A stretch of 64,000 bases of DNA from Balanoglossus misakiensis (Eukaryota; Animalia; Hemichordata). Of the stretch, positions 61,548 through 64,000 are shown piece after piece. The notes beneath the pieces are model-generated. The model saw nothing but the letters and a program-made list of their open reading frames with translations. It made no database searches and was not told where the DNA came from. Both the position numbers and the translations under genes were made by a program. The stretch is taken from the NCBI GenBank assembly GCA_040954595.2, contig CM082576.2:2392760-2456759 (forward strand), in the 5' to 3' direction. Positions within the stretch are counted from its first letter, which is position 1. Each line of letters opens with the position of its first letter.

Positions 61548-64000
61548 AAAATAAAACGACCTAACATGAGTAAATGCTCAGAAACAAATTGCTGCAAGAT
61601 ACCATAAAACGAATATTCTCTGTTTTTCAGAAAAAAAATGTACCGCTTTAAATCATCTTGAATTGATTTTATTTTCTGTTATTTTTTTTTAAAGTGAGTT
61701 TCATTGAAAGAATTGCACAAAATTGTGAGGAACTGATAGTCGTCGTGAGTAGATTTTTTTTTTCTGAGAAATTCGAAAATATCTGAACAGGTAGAACAAT
61801 TTTTGCAAATTGCCAACTTTCAGTTATTGTTTACAATTGTTGGTTTTCTCTATTAAACATTGAACAACACAACAATAGGCATTTGTGAACTTTACACTTT
61901 GTTTCAAAAGGACATGCAGGTGTTTCCATGGCAACCCCTGCCAGTCCCCACTCTCATGAAGTTTACACAAAGCAACATACCTCTTTTCAGTAATACTATT
62001 AATTTATCGCAAACGTTAAAAATATAACATTCAGTTCAGTATATAAGTACATCCTGGATGTAATCGTAGGTTTAAACATAGGTATACTTTTCAGACATTT
62101 CATTGATATAAACCCTGTCTAAGATATTTCTCTATAATCAGGAACTTTTGAGATCAAAGCTGCTTTTCGCCATCCTGGAAGAGTGATCTCCTATTGCTAT
62201 GAGAAAAAATAATTTAAAATGCTCAGTGTCTGTTATAGCTCACAGAAATGTTGCAGTGATAATTTTGTCCTAGTTAATGTACCCATCACCACTTACAAGA
62301 CTACCAGTTTTCAAATAAACTGTAAATACAAACAATATATCCGCGCTGATTTGTCTTTTTTGCAGAGTGTCTTTCATCATGAATAGGCATTCAAATGACT
62401 CAACCATTTCAGTAATTTGTAGCTGTCCAGCAGTGGATGGTTGATCCATGATATCAGAGGGACATAGTATTTCTATGAAGTATTTTCACTATTAAATTAA
62501 GCCACTTTTCCTTGACCATGTTATCTATGGTACCCCTTGTATCAACATGACAAGAAGCCTGTGTACCAAGCAAAGTCAACAGATGGCGCCAACAGAAATT
62601 GGGAAGCATTCCTATCATTTTCTGAATATACAAACGCCTCTGTCAGAAGAATTTATAATTGGTTTTGTTGCAAAGATATGGTTTGAGCATTTTTATGATG
62701 TAACATCAGCTGATGTGTCTTGACAGGTTCAGACTATAGCATTCTTGTTATAAATTCTGAATTTGCTCAAAGAATCAACAATCAGATCAATACCAAGTCG
62801 TGCACATAGTACATGTACACTGATGGCATCTACGGGTCTGCCACTTGACTGTACACTGCTGCCCCCTTGCAGGGAACAGAGCCAGTGTAGGGGTTATATA
62901 GCTACCCCCAGCTTGTCTAGCCCAGTTTGAAGCACCTTGGGTTTACGATCAGTCAGAAGAAACACAAGGTAGACAACAAGGGCACTTTCTTCGGAGTCTA
63001 ATAGCACCTCTGCCACCTGAGGGCGTCCTCTTCTGCTTTTCGAATACACTACAGCACTTAGGCACATGTATGGAAGTTCAAAAAAAAAAAAACAACCTTG
63101 TGTATAGAAAACTAAACAGACTGCTCCTAGTTTCTCAAAACTAGTTGTTCAAATGCTGGACTTCAGAATGCAACCTAGTGATGGATTGACATGACTAAAT
63201 TCTCTACACAGATGTAGCAGATTTCACAGGAGAGAATAACAAAATCACAATCAAACACAATAGGTTTGTGAGATATCAGTTTATTATGAAATGCATATTT
63301 ATTAATATAATGCTGAGTAAAACTACGCTCATGCCAATTCATCTAAATTACAACGCTTTGCCTGAAAAACCAGCAAAACCTCCCTTCACTTCAGCATCTT
63401 TTTAAAAAAAAAAAAGGTTCTTGCAGTATTATACAGTTTTAAATTGAGAGTAAAATGTGTAGCCATTAAACACAATGGTTATGGCAGAAAATTACAGGGA
63501 TAACAATGAAGTCGGAGCTTACCTATGGGGTAAAATTGATCAACTTAGTAGGAAGAAAATGCTAAGATCAGTAATCACTTGATAATCAGAAGAAAAGACA
63601 CTGTCCTGCCCCTGAACCAAGTAGGCATTTTATGGGATGAGTTCTTTTGAGATAAAAACATGTATTATATTATCAGGTCCACAGCACAGATATTTTTGCG
63701 ATGTCCCATTTGTCTCCATGACATGACAGTGTGCAATTTCCCGGCATATTTTAAAACAATACCATCAGCCAAATATGTGCTGAAATTTTATTTAAAATTA
63801 GAAGAGCTGTTAAATCTAAAATTTGACCTTAATTGAGATACATTCTAGCTTAGATATTTTTTCACAACAAAAGTTGCCTGCATTGTTTTTAACGATATTA
63901 CTACCCCTTCATAAGATTTTATTTAAAGGATAAAATTAAACATATGCTGTTCAATTTAAGTACGTAAAGTTAACCCACTTTGTGTTTTACCCCAGTGGAA

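Noticed and set aside
62820-63060. GC-richer stretch downstream of SEC23 as a terminal exon or ncRNA
   Set aside because: Three short minus-strand frames with no recognisable family and no clear RNA motif.

Overview
Intron-rich, AT-rich eukaryotic genomic DNA, most likely a bilaterian invertebrate (taxon not determinable here). I assembled spliced gene models by hand from GT/AG junctions and reading-frame phase. In order: (-) first coding exon of a C16orf89/UPF0764-like secreted protein; (-) a membrane-anchored SDR9C-like short-chain dehydrogenase whose catalytic Ser/Tyr/Lys are all replaced (probable pseudoenzyme); (-) a 13-exon, ~742-aa gene fusing a disordered N-terminus, a PH domain and a complete divergent actin fold (most unusual element); (-) SIRT2 with a duplicated terminal exon; (+) two tandem two-pore K+ (K2P) channel paralogues; (-) DNPH1 with an 801-bp MITE upstream of its ATG; (+) SEC23, head-to-head with DNPH1, whose 8.9-kb intron 10 holds an antisense orphan class A GPCR with non-canonical motifs and an in-frame uORF. 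No rRNA, tRNA or CRISPR was recognised. All family calls rest on recalled motifs, not database searches.
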